Assembly: GCA_032161105.1 (NCBI GenBank)
Contig: JAVHTD010000032.1
DNA length: 27,066 bases
Strand: one strand, 5' to 3'
Origin: Candidatus Thermosaccharophagus tengchongensis
GTDB taxonomy: Bacteria; Armatimonadota; Fervidibacteria; Fervidibacterales; Thermosaccharophagaceae
Part shown: in pieces, positions 8,710 to 17,294 of the stretch
How the letters are laid out: each line of letters opens with the position of its first letter
How positions within the stretch are numbered: position 1 is the stretch's first letter
The notes under the pieces: generated by a model
The model's database searches: none
What the model was told of the DNA's origin: nothing
Seen by the model: the letters and a program-made list of their open reading frames with translations, nothing else
Position numbers and translations under genes: made by a program

Positions 8710-10569
8710 ATGGCAGCAAAGATACGCGTGCTTGATCCAGACATAGTGGCGCAGATTGCCGCCGGAGAAGTGGTTGAGCGCCCGGCATCCGTTGTCAAGG
8801 AGCTCGTTGAGAATTCACTTGACGCAGGTGCAACAAGGATAACCGTTGAAGTTGAAGCCGGTGGGAGGAGGCTTATCAGGGTTTCAGACGACGGATGTGG
8901 CATGTCGTCCGAAGATGCCGTGCTTGCCTTCCAAAGGCATGCCACAAGCAAGATACGCACAGCAGATGACTTACATCGCATAACGACGCTCGGATTCAGG
9001 GGTGAAGCGCTGCCAAGCATAGCTGCTGTCTCACATGTTGAGCTTATGACGAGGGAGCATGATAGCGATGTCGGCACAAAGGTGGTCGTGGAAGATGGCG
9101 TTATAGTTGAAGTTTCACCCACAGGCTGTCCAGCTGGGACAATTGTGAGCGTGCATAACCTTTTCCGGAATGTCCCTGCGAGGCTGAAATTCCTGCGCTC
9201 GGCAACATCTGAATTCAATCACATTGCCGATTTGCTCACGAAGTTCATCCTCGCCCACCCGAATGTATCGTTTACGCTGCGCCATGATGGAAGGGATGTG
9301 ATTCACCACTCCGCAAAAGCCACAGGCGGTGATTTGCGCTCAACTGCTGCAACTGTTTGGGGGAGCGAAGTGGCAAGGGAACTTGTCCCAATTGAGCTAT
9401 CAACGCCGAAGGTGCGCCTGAGTGGGCTAACTTCAAAGCCATCATTGACTAAGGGCAGCCGAAGCCATCAAGTCATTATCGTGAACGGGCGCTGCATAAA
9501 GCATCACGGCTTGTCACTCGCTATAAGCCATGCCTACCGAGGCATGATACCGAGCGATAGGCATCCCTTGTGTATAGTTCGCATTGAGATTGACCCGTCG
9601 CTTGTGGATGTCAATGTGCACCCGGCAAAGATTGAGGTCAGGTTTGAAAACGAGGCTGAGATTCAGAGGCTCGTCATTGAAGCAATACAGCTTGCGCTTG
9701 GAAGGGTCGTGGTATCGCCCGGCATAGCCCTAAAGCCGATGGCTGCAAGTGAAGCGACATCTCAAAGGGCGTTGAGGCGCAAGCAGGATGCGTTTTCAAA
9801 ACTGCTCGGAGCAAAGCTTATTGCGCCATCCGACCTCACCGCCAAAGATGCCGTTCAACCCTCAAAGGGCGCTCCAGCACAGGCGTTGCAACCAACGCCA
9901 TCACAGGTGAGCCACCCCCAAAGCGAAGCGCAATTGGCTGTGCGCCGTCCTGAGACTGAACTTGAGAGTGCAGTTTTGGGTGACGCTGTTCATTTGCTCT
10001 CCGCACTGCGCCCGGTGGCACAACTCCATCTCACATATATCCTCGCTGAGGCACCAGATGGGCTATACATCATTTCGCAACACAGGGCGCATGAGCGCAT
10101 CATCTATGAGACGCTGTGTGAGAGGGCAAGCGATAGGCAAGCCGTGCAATGGCTTGTGACGCCACTGACGCTCTCGCTCGGTCAGGCTGAGGCGAGATTT
10201 GTTGAGGGGCATTTGGAGGCATTCAAGTCCATCGGAATTGAGATTGAGCCATTCGGCGGGAACTCATTCGTGGTGCGCTCAATGCCCGCTGTCATGATGC
10301 ACCAACCATATGCTCAGATGCTGCGCGACATAATCGCCGAACTCATGCTTGAGCAGCGTGCGAGGACGCTTGAGGAACTGATTGACGAGCTGCGAGCGAG
10401 CATCGCGTGCAAATCGGCAGTTAAAGCCGGAGTGACGCTTTCAATGCCGGAGATGGAGAAACTCATTTCTGACTTGAGCAAAACAAGCAAGCCGTTGCTA
10501 TGCCCTCACGGGCAGCCAGTCATGCTCGCCCTCTCAATCAACGAACTCAACAGGCGATTTGAGCGCTGA
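8710..10569 (+). CDS. mutL: DNA mismatch repair protein MutL
   Basis: QIAAGEVVERPASVVKELVENSLDAGA, DDGCGM, RHATSKI, TLGFRGEALPSI, HNLFRNVPAR, VDVNVHPAKIEV; C-terminal ACK and CPHG motifs. Confidence 0.98.
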   Translation: MAAKIRVLDPDIVAQIAAGEVVERPASVVKELVENSLDAGATRITVEVEAGGRRLIRVSDDGCGMSSEDAVLAFQRHATSKIRTADDLHRITTLGFRGEALPSIAAVSHVELMTREHDSDVGTKVVVEDGVIVEVSPTGCPAGTIVSVHNLFRNVPARLKFLRSATSEFNHIADLLTKFILAHPNVSFTLRHDGRDVIHHSAKATGGDLRSTAATVWGSEVARELVPIELSTPKVRLSGLTSKPSLTKGSRSHQVIIVNGRCIKHHGLSLAISHAYRGMIPSDRHPLCIVRIEIDPSLVDVNVHPAKIEVRFENEAEIQRLVIEAIQLALGRVVVSPGIALKPMAASEATSQRALRRKQDAFSKLLGAKLIAPSDLTAKDAVQPSKGAPAQALQPTPSQVSHPQSEAQLAVRRPETELESAVLGDAVHLLSALRPVAQLHLTYILAEAPDGLYIISQHRAHERIIYETLCERASDRQAVQWLVTPLTLSLGQAEARFVEGHLEAFKSIGIEIEPFGGNSFVVRSMPAVMMHQPYAQMLRDIIAELMLEQRARTLEELIDELRASIACKSAVKAGVTLSMPEMEKLISDLSKTSKPLLCPHGQPVMLALSINELNRRFER

Positions 10570-10627
10570 CGAGAAATCGCACAAAAGATTCCCCGCCAAC
10601 GCGATGGCGCAAAGGGGTGGCTTTGAG

Positions 10628-11848
10628 ATGGCAACGGTGGGCAGGGAAGAGTTGCGCCAGCTGTTCTTCAGGCATGTGTGCCAAACCTCAAAGGAGCCAA
10701 TTGGATTGGTCGTAAAAAGCGCGGCGGGATCTTTCATCTACACAGTTGACGGTGAGGCATACCTTGATTTCATGTCCGGCATAGCAGTCTGTAACATCGG
10801 GCACACGCATCCGAAGGTTGTCTCAGCCATCGTTGAACAAGCGCAGAAGTATCTCCATGTCATGGTCTATGGTGAGTATGTGCTTGAGCCACAGGTGATG
10901 CTCGCAAAGCGCCTGAGCGAACTCCTCCCAGAGCCACTAAATGTCGTCTACTTCACAAACAGCGGCACAGAGGCAAATGAGGGCGCCATCAAAGTGGCGA
11001 AGAAGTTCACTCGCCGAAAAAAGCTCATCGCGTTTGAGGGGAGCTTTCACGGTGACACGCACGGCTCACTGTCCGTGACCGGAAGATGGGTTTACCGTGA
11101 GCCATTTGAACCGCTTCTCCCAAATGTCGTCTTCTTGCCATTTAACGATATTGATGCCCTCAGGGAGATAGACGAACAGACGGCAGCCGTAATAGTTGAG
11201 CCGATACAGGGTGAGGGCGGGATACGAATACCGAGTGAGAGGTTCATGAAGGAGCTGCGCAACCGTTGCACGCAGGTTGGCGCCTTGCTCATATTTGATG
11301 AGGTGCAAACTGGCTTTGGGCGCACGGGTAGGATGTTTGCGATGGAGCACTTCGGTGTTGTCCCCGACATCGTTACGCTTGCCAAGGCGCTTGGCGGCGG
11401 AATGCCAGTTGGGGCATTCGTCGGGAGCGCCAATGTGATGGAGACACTCTCAAGCGAACCACCACTATCCCATGTGACCACATTTGGCGGTCACCCAGTT
11501 TGCTGTGCGGCTGCACTCGCATCACTTGATGTGATAGTCGGGGAAAGGCTGTGGGAGAGGGCAAGCACAATTGGCGAGTATATCCTCAGCAGGCTGCGCA
11601 CCCTAAAGGAGCGCTCAAATCTCATATCGGATGTGCGCGGTCTTGGCTTGCTCATCGGGATTGAGTTTATCTCCGCTGACGCCGCCAGAAGGTTCGTCTC
11701 GGAATCCCTCAAACGCCACCTCATACTCGGTTGGACGCTGCACTCCGACAGGGTCGTAAGGGTTGCACCGCCACTTAATGTGGGCGATGAGGAGGTTGAA
11801 ATGGCGATGAGCACGATGGAGGAGGCATTGCTGCAGTCGGAGGGGTGA
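10628..11848 (+). CDS. Class-III PLP-dependent aminotransferase (acetylornithine aminotransferase-like)
   Basis: YLDFMSGIAV, NSGTEANEGA, SFHG, IVEPIQGEGG, LIFDEVQTGFGRTG, PLP lysine in TLAKALGGG, TTFGGHP. AAAGGGGTGG RBS. Substrate not determinable from sequence. Confidence 0.9.
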   Translation: MATVGREELRQLFFRHVCQTSKEPIGLVVKSAAGSFIYTVDGEAYLDFMSGIAVCNIGHTHPKVVSAIVEQAQKYLHVMVYGEYVLEPQVMLAKRLSELLPEPLNVVYFTNSGTEANEGAIKVAKKFTRRKKLIAFEGSFHGDTHGSLSVTGRWVYREPFEPLLPNVVFLPFNDIDALREIDEQTAAVIVEPIQGEGGIRIPSERFMKELRNRCTQVGALLIFDEVQTGFGRTGRMFAMEHFGVVPDIVTLAKALGGGMPVGAFVGSANVMETLSSEPPLSHVTTFGGHPVCCAAALASLDVIVGERLWERASTIGEYILSRLRTLKERSNLISDVRGLGLLIGIEFISADAARRFVSESLKRHLILGWTLHSDRVVRVAPPLNVGDEEVEMAMSTMEEALLQSEG

Positions 11849-11883
11849 TGCACCTCTTAACCGAGAGAATGAGCACTACCGCT

Positions 11884-12264
11884 TTATACCACTGGGATTG
11901 GTTGTTTCGCCTTGAGCAACGAGTTAATGCACTCAATTAGGGATTTGATGCTGAACGGTTTTCGCAACAGCTTTTTTGCGCCCGCTTTCTCAGCTTGCTC
12001 TTCGCTCAGGCACCCGCCAGTCATGAGGAGCACTTCAATGTCCCTCGTTTGTGAGTCGCTCTTTAAAAGCTTGCAGACCGCAACGCCGGAGATATCCGGC
12101 ATGTTCACATCAAGCAGTATTAGGTCAGGGTGAGCAGAGCGAGCGAGCATATAACCTTGCTCGCCACTTGAGGCGCTCAAGACATTGTAACCGGCTTTGG
12201 TGAGCGCTATGTTGAGCAACCTGAGGATGTAATCCTCATCATCAACTACGAGAATCGTTGCCAT
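11884..12264 (-). CDS. Single-domain response regulator (CheY-like receiver)
   Basis: ILVVDDE, phosphoacceptor in LLDVNMP, LMTG, RKPF; AAAGGAGGTG RBS before ATG 12264; 126 aa with no output domain. Confidence 0.93.
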   Translation of the reverse strand: MATILVVDDEDYILRLLNIALTKAGYNVLSASSGEQGYMLARSAHPDLILLDVNMPDISGVAVCKLLKSDSQTRDIEVLLMTGGCLSEEQAEKAGAKKLLRKPFSIKSLIECINSLLKAKQPIPVV

Positions 12265-12380
12265 TGTGGTCACCTCCTTTCCGTCATGGGTCCTTAACTC
12301 CAACAGGAACATTCCATAAGCGTCCAATGGACCAACAAGTTAACGGCAAGTCCGTTTGAGGTCAGTTGCGAACTGCAAAG

Positions 12381-13559
12381 TCAACTCTTGCCCCTCAGGA
12401 GGAAAGCGATGTCAAGTGCCAGAAGGCATAAACCGATGAATGCGATGAGCATGTATGGTGAACGCTGTGAGGCTGTAATCTGCGCTATGAGCCCGCCAAG
12501 TATTGGTCCGAGGACTGAGCCAGCACCGACACTCGCCTCATGGCGAGCGCTGCCACGGGTTGTTTCGCCCTGCGAGAGGATTGAGTAGTATGTGCTTGCT
12601 GTGCATGCCAATCCGGCACACACACCCACAAGCAAAAATGAGAGGCAGAACTGCCACCCCGAACTGCTCACCGAGACGAAAATGGAGCTGAGTATGGTTG
12701 CCGTCTTAATCGCCATGAGCATCCTCGGCTTTATCCGCGCATAGACCATCGGCGCAACGATGAAGCTGATGAGGTGACCAACAAACAACAGGAAAATGAG
12801 ACTGCTCACCTGAGCCGGGTTAAAGCCCAATGCCGAAGCCCACTTTGGAAAGAGCGCAACCACAGTCCCAACTGAGAGCGTGCGAAGCAGGTTCCCGAGC
12901 TGAGCCGATGCTACAACGAGGCTGTCAAACTCAGTTCTGGCGCAAATGGGCAATCGCCTTGATGGAGGTGTGCCATCGCCACGAGCGCGAACTGCGCGTA
13001 TCGTCGCAATTGAGAGCGCCACAAATAAGCTGACAAACCCGCTGACGATGAATGGGGTGTTCGGGGAATGCATGAACAAATTCCCTGAGAGCTTCATTCC
13101 GAGCAACCTTCCTGCGCTCCATGAAAGATTGTAAACGGTGATGAAGGTGAGCAACCTCTCTGCCGGCGCTGAAGTCCCCATGAGCGCTTGCACTGGTGGC
13201 CAATAGAAGCCGATGGCTATTCCGGCAACTGATGAGACGACCAAAAGAAGCGCTATGCTGCGAGTGTAATATGAAATCGGGATTGAGAACGCCACAACGA
13301 GGTAAATCACAGCCCCAATTAGGGCGCTATTTTCCCTGCCAACACGCCCGCTCACCTTGGGATTGAGCATTGATGAAATGGCATACCCGAGCGGGCTCAT
13401 GGCGCCTATTAAGCCGATCTGGACATCGGTTGCCTTGAGCTCAACGCCGAGCAATTGGATTGAGAGCGCCATCATACCACCACAAAAGTCCATAACAAGG
13501 GCGAGCGCACACCATACCCATACCACTCTTGCATCCCCTCGGTCGTCAAAGTCTCCCAA
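12381..13559 (-). CDS. MFS transporter
   Basis: About 392 aa, about 12 hydrophobic segments in two halves, motif-A-like KVSGRVGR, GSVLGPILGG. TTG start uncertain. Confidence 0.82.
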   Translation of the reverse strand: MGDFDDRGDARVVWVWCALALVMDFCGGMMALSIQLLGVELKATDVQIGLIGAMSPLGYAISSMLNPKVSGRVGRENSALIGAVIYLVVAFSIPISYYTRSIALLLVVSSVAGIAIGFYWPPVQALMGTSAPAERLLTFITVYNLSWSAGRLLGMKLSGNLFMHSPNTPFIVSGFVSLFVALSIATIRAVRARGDGTPPSRRLPICARTEFDSLVVASAQLGNLLRTLSVGTVVALFPKWASALGFNPAQVSSLIFLLFVGHLISFIVAPMVYARIKPRMLMAIKTATILSSIFVSVSSSGWQFCLSFLLVGVCAGLACTASTYYSILSQGETTRGSARHEASVGAGSVLGPILGGLIAQITASQRSPYMLIAFIGLCLLALDIAFLLRGKS

Positions 13560-13581
13560 GCAAAAACGAAGCGCCTGCCAA

Positions 13582-13595
13582 GTGCTACAATTATA
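13582..13595. promoter_or_regulatory. Overlapping divergent -10 elements
   Basis: Plus strand extended -10 TG-C-TACAAT (13583-13591); minus strand perfect TATAAT (13590-13595); both lie in the 90-bp gap between divergent genes. Confidence 0.45.
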
Positions 13596-13649
13596 CTTCC
13601 TTCATGAGCAGTGGCTGTTCAACTGAGCACCTTGGAGGTGGGGTTAGGG

Positions 13650-14396
13650 ATGCGCATCTCCACAGGGCTTGTGCTATGCACTTTGTTTGTTGCATGCATG
13701 CTACAACCGTTGGTCGCTCAAAGGACGCAACAGGAGCCACAGCCACCAATCTCGTTTTCCGGCGTGGTCAACATAGCTGCAGCAGCGAATGGAGGTAAAG
13801 TGATTTTCGTCACGAGCCAACTTGATGAACATTGGAAGGCTGAATACCTGATTGACGGCGTTGTAAACAAGACAAATGGCTGGGCATCAAGCAAAGCTGT
13901 GTTCCCTCAAGACATCGTCATAGCGCTCAAGGGCGATCAACCAAAGCTCATCAACAAACTTGTCATAGACCCAACCACCCCAGATAGCCCGTTGCCCGGG
14001 CGATGGATAAACGAGTTTGAACTCTTTGTCTCGGACAAATATCCGACCGACAGATGGAAATTCGTCATGCACGGTGCTGTGCGAAATGAACCACGCCCGC
14101 AAGCATTCTACTTCACGCCGGTTGAAGCGAGGTTCGTCCTCATCAGGGTGCTCAGCAATCACGGCAGCGATAGGTATGTCTCAATGGGCGAAATTGAAAT
14201 TTACGAAGCCATACCGGCGATTGGAATACTTGACCAGCTGATAGCGCGCTTGGAGCAACTCCTTCGTGAGTTGAAACAATACCGTGACACGGTGGCGCAA
14301 CTCGGACCGATACTCGCCGAGATGCCACCAGATGTGCTAAAGAAGTTTGATCAGATATGGCGAGAGCTTATTGGCTCGTCAGGTGGGCAGAAATAG
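13650..14396 (+). CDS. Secreted discoidin (F5/8 type C, CBM32-like) domain protein with C-terminal coiled coil
   Basis: Sec-type signal peptide (LVA/Q); NIAAAANGG...YLIDG...GWAS...ARFVLIRVLSNHG...SMGEIEIY; heptad LDQLIARLEQLLRELK; GGAGGTG RBS. Confidence 0.82.
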   Translation: MRISTGLVLCTLFVACMLQPLVAQRTQQEPQPPISFSGVVNIAAAANGGKVIFVTSQLDEHWKAEYLIDGVVNKTNGWASSKAVFPQDIVIALKGDQPKLINKLVIDPTTPDSPLPGRWINEFELFVSDKYPTDRWKFVMHGAVRNEPRPQAFYFTPVEARFVLIRVLSNHGSDRYVSMGEIEIYEAIPAIGILDQLIARLEQLLRELKQYRDTVAQLGPILAEMPPDVLKKFDQIWRELIGSSGGQK

Positions 14397-14429
14397 CCCT
14401 ACCAATCACCCATCAAAGAGGTGAGGATG

Positions 14430-15836
14430 ATGGACAGGAGGGATTTTTTGAGGGCGGCAATCGGCATGGTTGGTGCGTTCGCGGCAGCAAAGATGGTGCG
14501 TTGTGAGAGGCAAAAGCTTATAAGCCCGGGGTGCAGGCGCTCAATGGTCAAGGTGGCAAAACTTTACCTCGGTGTCCCGAGGGCTCATTGGCCAACACCG
14601 CTGCTTGACTTAAATGCAGAAGTGCAGCGATATGAGGCGGAATTTGAGAAGCTCAAGGGCGGCGAGTTGAGGGATGTTAATTTCACCGTGACGAAGCTCA
14701 TAACATCCGTTGAGGGCGCAAGGGAGGTTGCAGAGCAACTCAAGGATGTTGACGGCGTGCTCGTCATTCATCTCTCAATGGGCATCATGGGGATGCTCAA
14801 CGAGATACTCCGTGCGAAGCGCCCAACAATGCTCTTTGCAGCACCATACTCGGGACATGAGTGGACCGCATTCGGAAGGCTGCGCAACAGCCCTGAGGGG
14901 GCATTGCTTGATTGCATTCTCAGCAGCGATATGAACCAACTCGCCGTAGCCATACGCCCGTTTAGGGCTCTGCACCACCTGCGAGAAGCGAAGATCTTGG
15001 ACATAACAAAGCGAGATAGGACAGCCTTTGCTGGCGAAGTGAAGGAACGCTTCGGCACGGAGATAAAGGTCATTGAGCGGGATAGAGTCCTCAAGCTATA
15101 CGAGAGCATCCCAGACAACGATGCAATTGCTGAAGCCGAGGTCTGGATCAACCGTGCTGAGAAAGTCGTCGAGCCGTCCAGAGATGAGATAATCCGTTCG
15201 TGCAAGCTTGCCCTGGCGCTTGAAAAGTTGCTGGATGAAGAGGACGCAACTGTCGTGACAGTGGATTGCTATGGGACAATGTGGCGTCAATTGCCCGCGT
15301 ATCCATGCCTCAGCCATTGCAGAATGAACAACATGGGCTTTGGCGGGATATGCGAATCCGACTTGCAATGCGCTTTAACACACATCATCTTCCAAGGGCT
15401 CGTTGGCAAGCCCGGCTTCATAAGCGACCCGACGGTTGACGAGAGCCGAAACAGCATCATACTCGCACACTGCATGGGCACAACCAAGATGGACGGACCT
15501 GAGGGCGAAGAAGCGCCATACAAGCTGCGCAGTGTTATGGAAAGGCAAGAGGGCGTCGTTGTTCAACCGAGGATGAGGATTGGACAGAGGGTCACTCAGG
15601 CAATATTGCTTGGCACAAAGGTGATGCGCTACTTCACCGGAACGATAATTGACACGCCGGATTTGGATAGGGGCTGCAGGACGAAAATAACGGTCCAAGT
15701 TGATGGCGATGTGGTGAAGCTGTGGCAAAACTGGGCAGGTGGGTTGCACAGGCAAACGGTCTACGGTGACATAGTGACAGACCTCAAACGCTTCTGCAAG
15801 TTCGCCGGAGTAGAGCTCATCAACGAAATTGCATAG
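14430..15836 (+). CDS. Tat-signal L-fucose/L-arabinose isomerase family protein
   Basis: N-terminal DRRDFLR plus hydrophobic stretch; CESD, ISDP, AHC, GCRTK and GLH motifs typical of FucI/AraA-like proteins. Start 14427 or 14430. Confidence 0.75.
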   Translation: MDRRDFLRAAIGMVGAFAAAKMVRCERQKLISPGCRRSMVKVAKLYLGVPRAHWPTPLLDLNAEVQRYEAEFEKLKGGELRDVNFTVTKLITSVEGAREVAEQLKDVDGVLVIHLSMGIMGMLNEILRAKRPTMLFAAPYSGHEWTAFGRLRNSPEGALLDCILSSDMNQLAVAIRPFRALHHLREAKILDITKRDRTAFAGEVKERFGTEIKVIERDRVLKLYESIPDNDAIAEAEVWINRAEKVVEPSRDEIIRSCKLALALEKLLDEEDATVVTVDCYGTMWRQLPAYPCLSHCRMNNMGFGGICESDLQCALTHIIFQGLVGKPGFISDPTVDESRNSIILAHCMGTTKMDGPEGEEAPYKLRSVMERQEGVVVQPRMRIGQRVTQAILLGTKVMRYFTGTIIDTPDLDRGCRTKITVQVDGDVVKLWQNWAGGLHRQTVYGDIVTDLKRFCKFAGVELINEIA

Positions 15837-17283
15837 CTGAGGTTGATCCCGGTATGACGATGAGCACACAGACAGCATTGTAAAGGAGCATCCCGATCGC
15901 GATCGCGCACGGGAGCAAAGTTTGATAGCGTTTTCTAATCCCGATTGGGAGCCACTCAACTATCCCGATGGAAAAGAGCACCGAGATGAAGGAGAACATC
16001 AAAAACAGGTGGCGCATCTGCGCCGAAAAGTAATGGAGCAGGAAGAGAAGGTAAAGGAAGAGCAACAACGCAAACCAGCAAAGCATCGTCCACCATCGTC
16101 CATAGGTTGCCTCGTCAAGTTGGTAGACGCCGACATGGCATCTCCATGCGAACAAAGCAATCCCAACCGCGCACATCAAAGTCGGGATGAGCCACAGCCA
16201 GTAAGCCCATGACGGGAGAAAAATGTCGGTCAGACCGAACAGCCCCCAGAAGGTCCAAAAGAGGTATCTTGCGGCGAGCGCAAAGTAATCGGCAAGTGTA
16301 TACCCATACGCAAAAAACCATGCCGGCTGCGCTGCATGCTCCGAAAGGCTCTCATAGACTCGCTTCCCAATTGGGTCGCCGTAGATGAGCATGTTTCGCA
16401 CATACCACCACGAGCCGATTGAGGCTGCAATTAAAGTGGCAATGAGAATGTGCAAAGCGCATTCCCTCGCTCCGATGCCGTAGCGCCTCGCATTATAAGC
16501 GAGTGCCACTGCAACGCCAGCCAATGCGCTCCATGCGAAGTATTTCGTGATGGCGATCAAGCCGATGAACGCCCCAAGCACCATCGCATCCATCGCTGAC
16601 ATGCGGCGTGAGAATATCGTTCCCAAGAGCCAGAGCATGAAGATTGAGCACAGTGCCTCAGCGAAGTTGTCGCTGTTTATTGATGAGTTGATGAACGCAT
16701 GCATGGCATGGGTTGCAGCGAATGCTAAGGAGACATGGGCGTAAATCCTCTCAGCTTGAAAGAGCATCTCGGCGAGGTGATACGATGATAGCACGCTCAC
16801 TGCACCGCACACCATGCAAAAAATGCGCAGCGCCCATACTGTCGCCTTAGTCTCGTCTGCACCGCATCTACTCGCGAGTGACTTTGAAGCTGCATATAGC
16901 GGTGAAGCGAGCAAGTAAAACAGTGGCGGTTGATGCGCCTCATGCCAATCATCGCCCTTTTGCATCTTTGGAAGGCTATGCCTTTCAACTATGTGGCGCA
17001 CATAAAAGTGATGCGCGTTTTCATCCGGAGCCCTGCCAAATGGCGTCACAAGGGCATAGCCAATGCATATCAAAAAGTAAGCTCCCATGAGTGCTGCCGC
17101 AAGCGGGTGGCGCAACGGGACAAAGAATTTGCGCAGCGAGAATGGTTGAGCAGTGATGCTGATGAGCGGCTCACCAATTGACGAGCTGCCCGACTCGCGC
17201 TTTTCCAGCTTTCTTCGGGAAGTGCTGCCAATGCTCTTTTGACCTTTGCGCTTCGTCACAGTTAGCTTGCCACCCAAACGCAA
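15820..17283 (-). CDS. GT-C superfamily membrane glycosyltransferase (GT39/ArnT-like, DUF2142-like)
   Basis: First TM is followed by APDENAH, then HQPPLFY, LR, INSD, AITKY, WWYVRN..YGDP, TFWG, QMRH; about 11 TMs. Start TTG 17283 or GTG 17259. Confidence 0.78.
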   Translation of the reverse strand: MRLGGKLTVTKRKGQKSIGSTSRRKLEKRESGSSSIGEPLISITAQPFSLRKFFVPLRHPLAAALMGAYFLICIGYALVTPFGRAPDENAHHFYVRHIVERHSLPKMQKGDDWHEAHQPPLFYLLASPLYAASKSLASRCGADETKATVWALRIFCMVCGAVSVLSSYHLAEMLFQAERIYAHVSLAFAATHAMHAFINSSINSDNFAEALCSIFMLWLLGTIFSRRMSAMDAMVLGAFIGLIAITKYFAWSALAGVAVALAYNARRYGIGARECALHILIATLIAASIGSWWYVRNMLIYGDPIGKRVYESLSEHAAQPAWFFAYGYTLADYFALAARYLFWTFWGLFGLTDIFLPSWAYWLWLIPTLMCAVGIALFAWRCHVGVYQLDEATYGRWWTMLCWFALLLFLYLLFLLHYFSAQMRHLFLMFSFISVLFSIGIVEWLPIGIRKRYQTLLPCAIAIGMLLYNAVCVLIVIPGSTSAMQFR

Positions 17284-17294
17284 TCATTGCCGCT

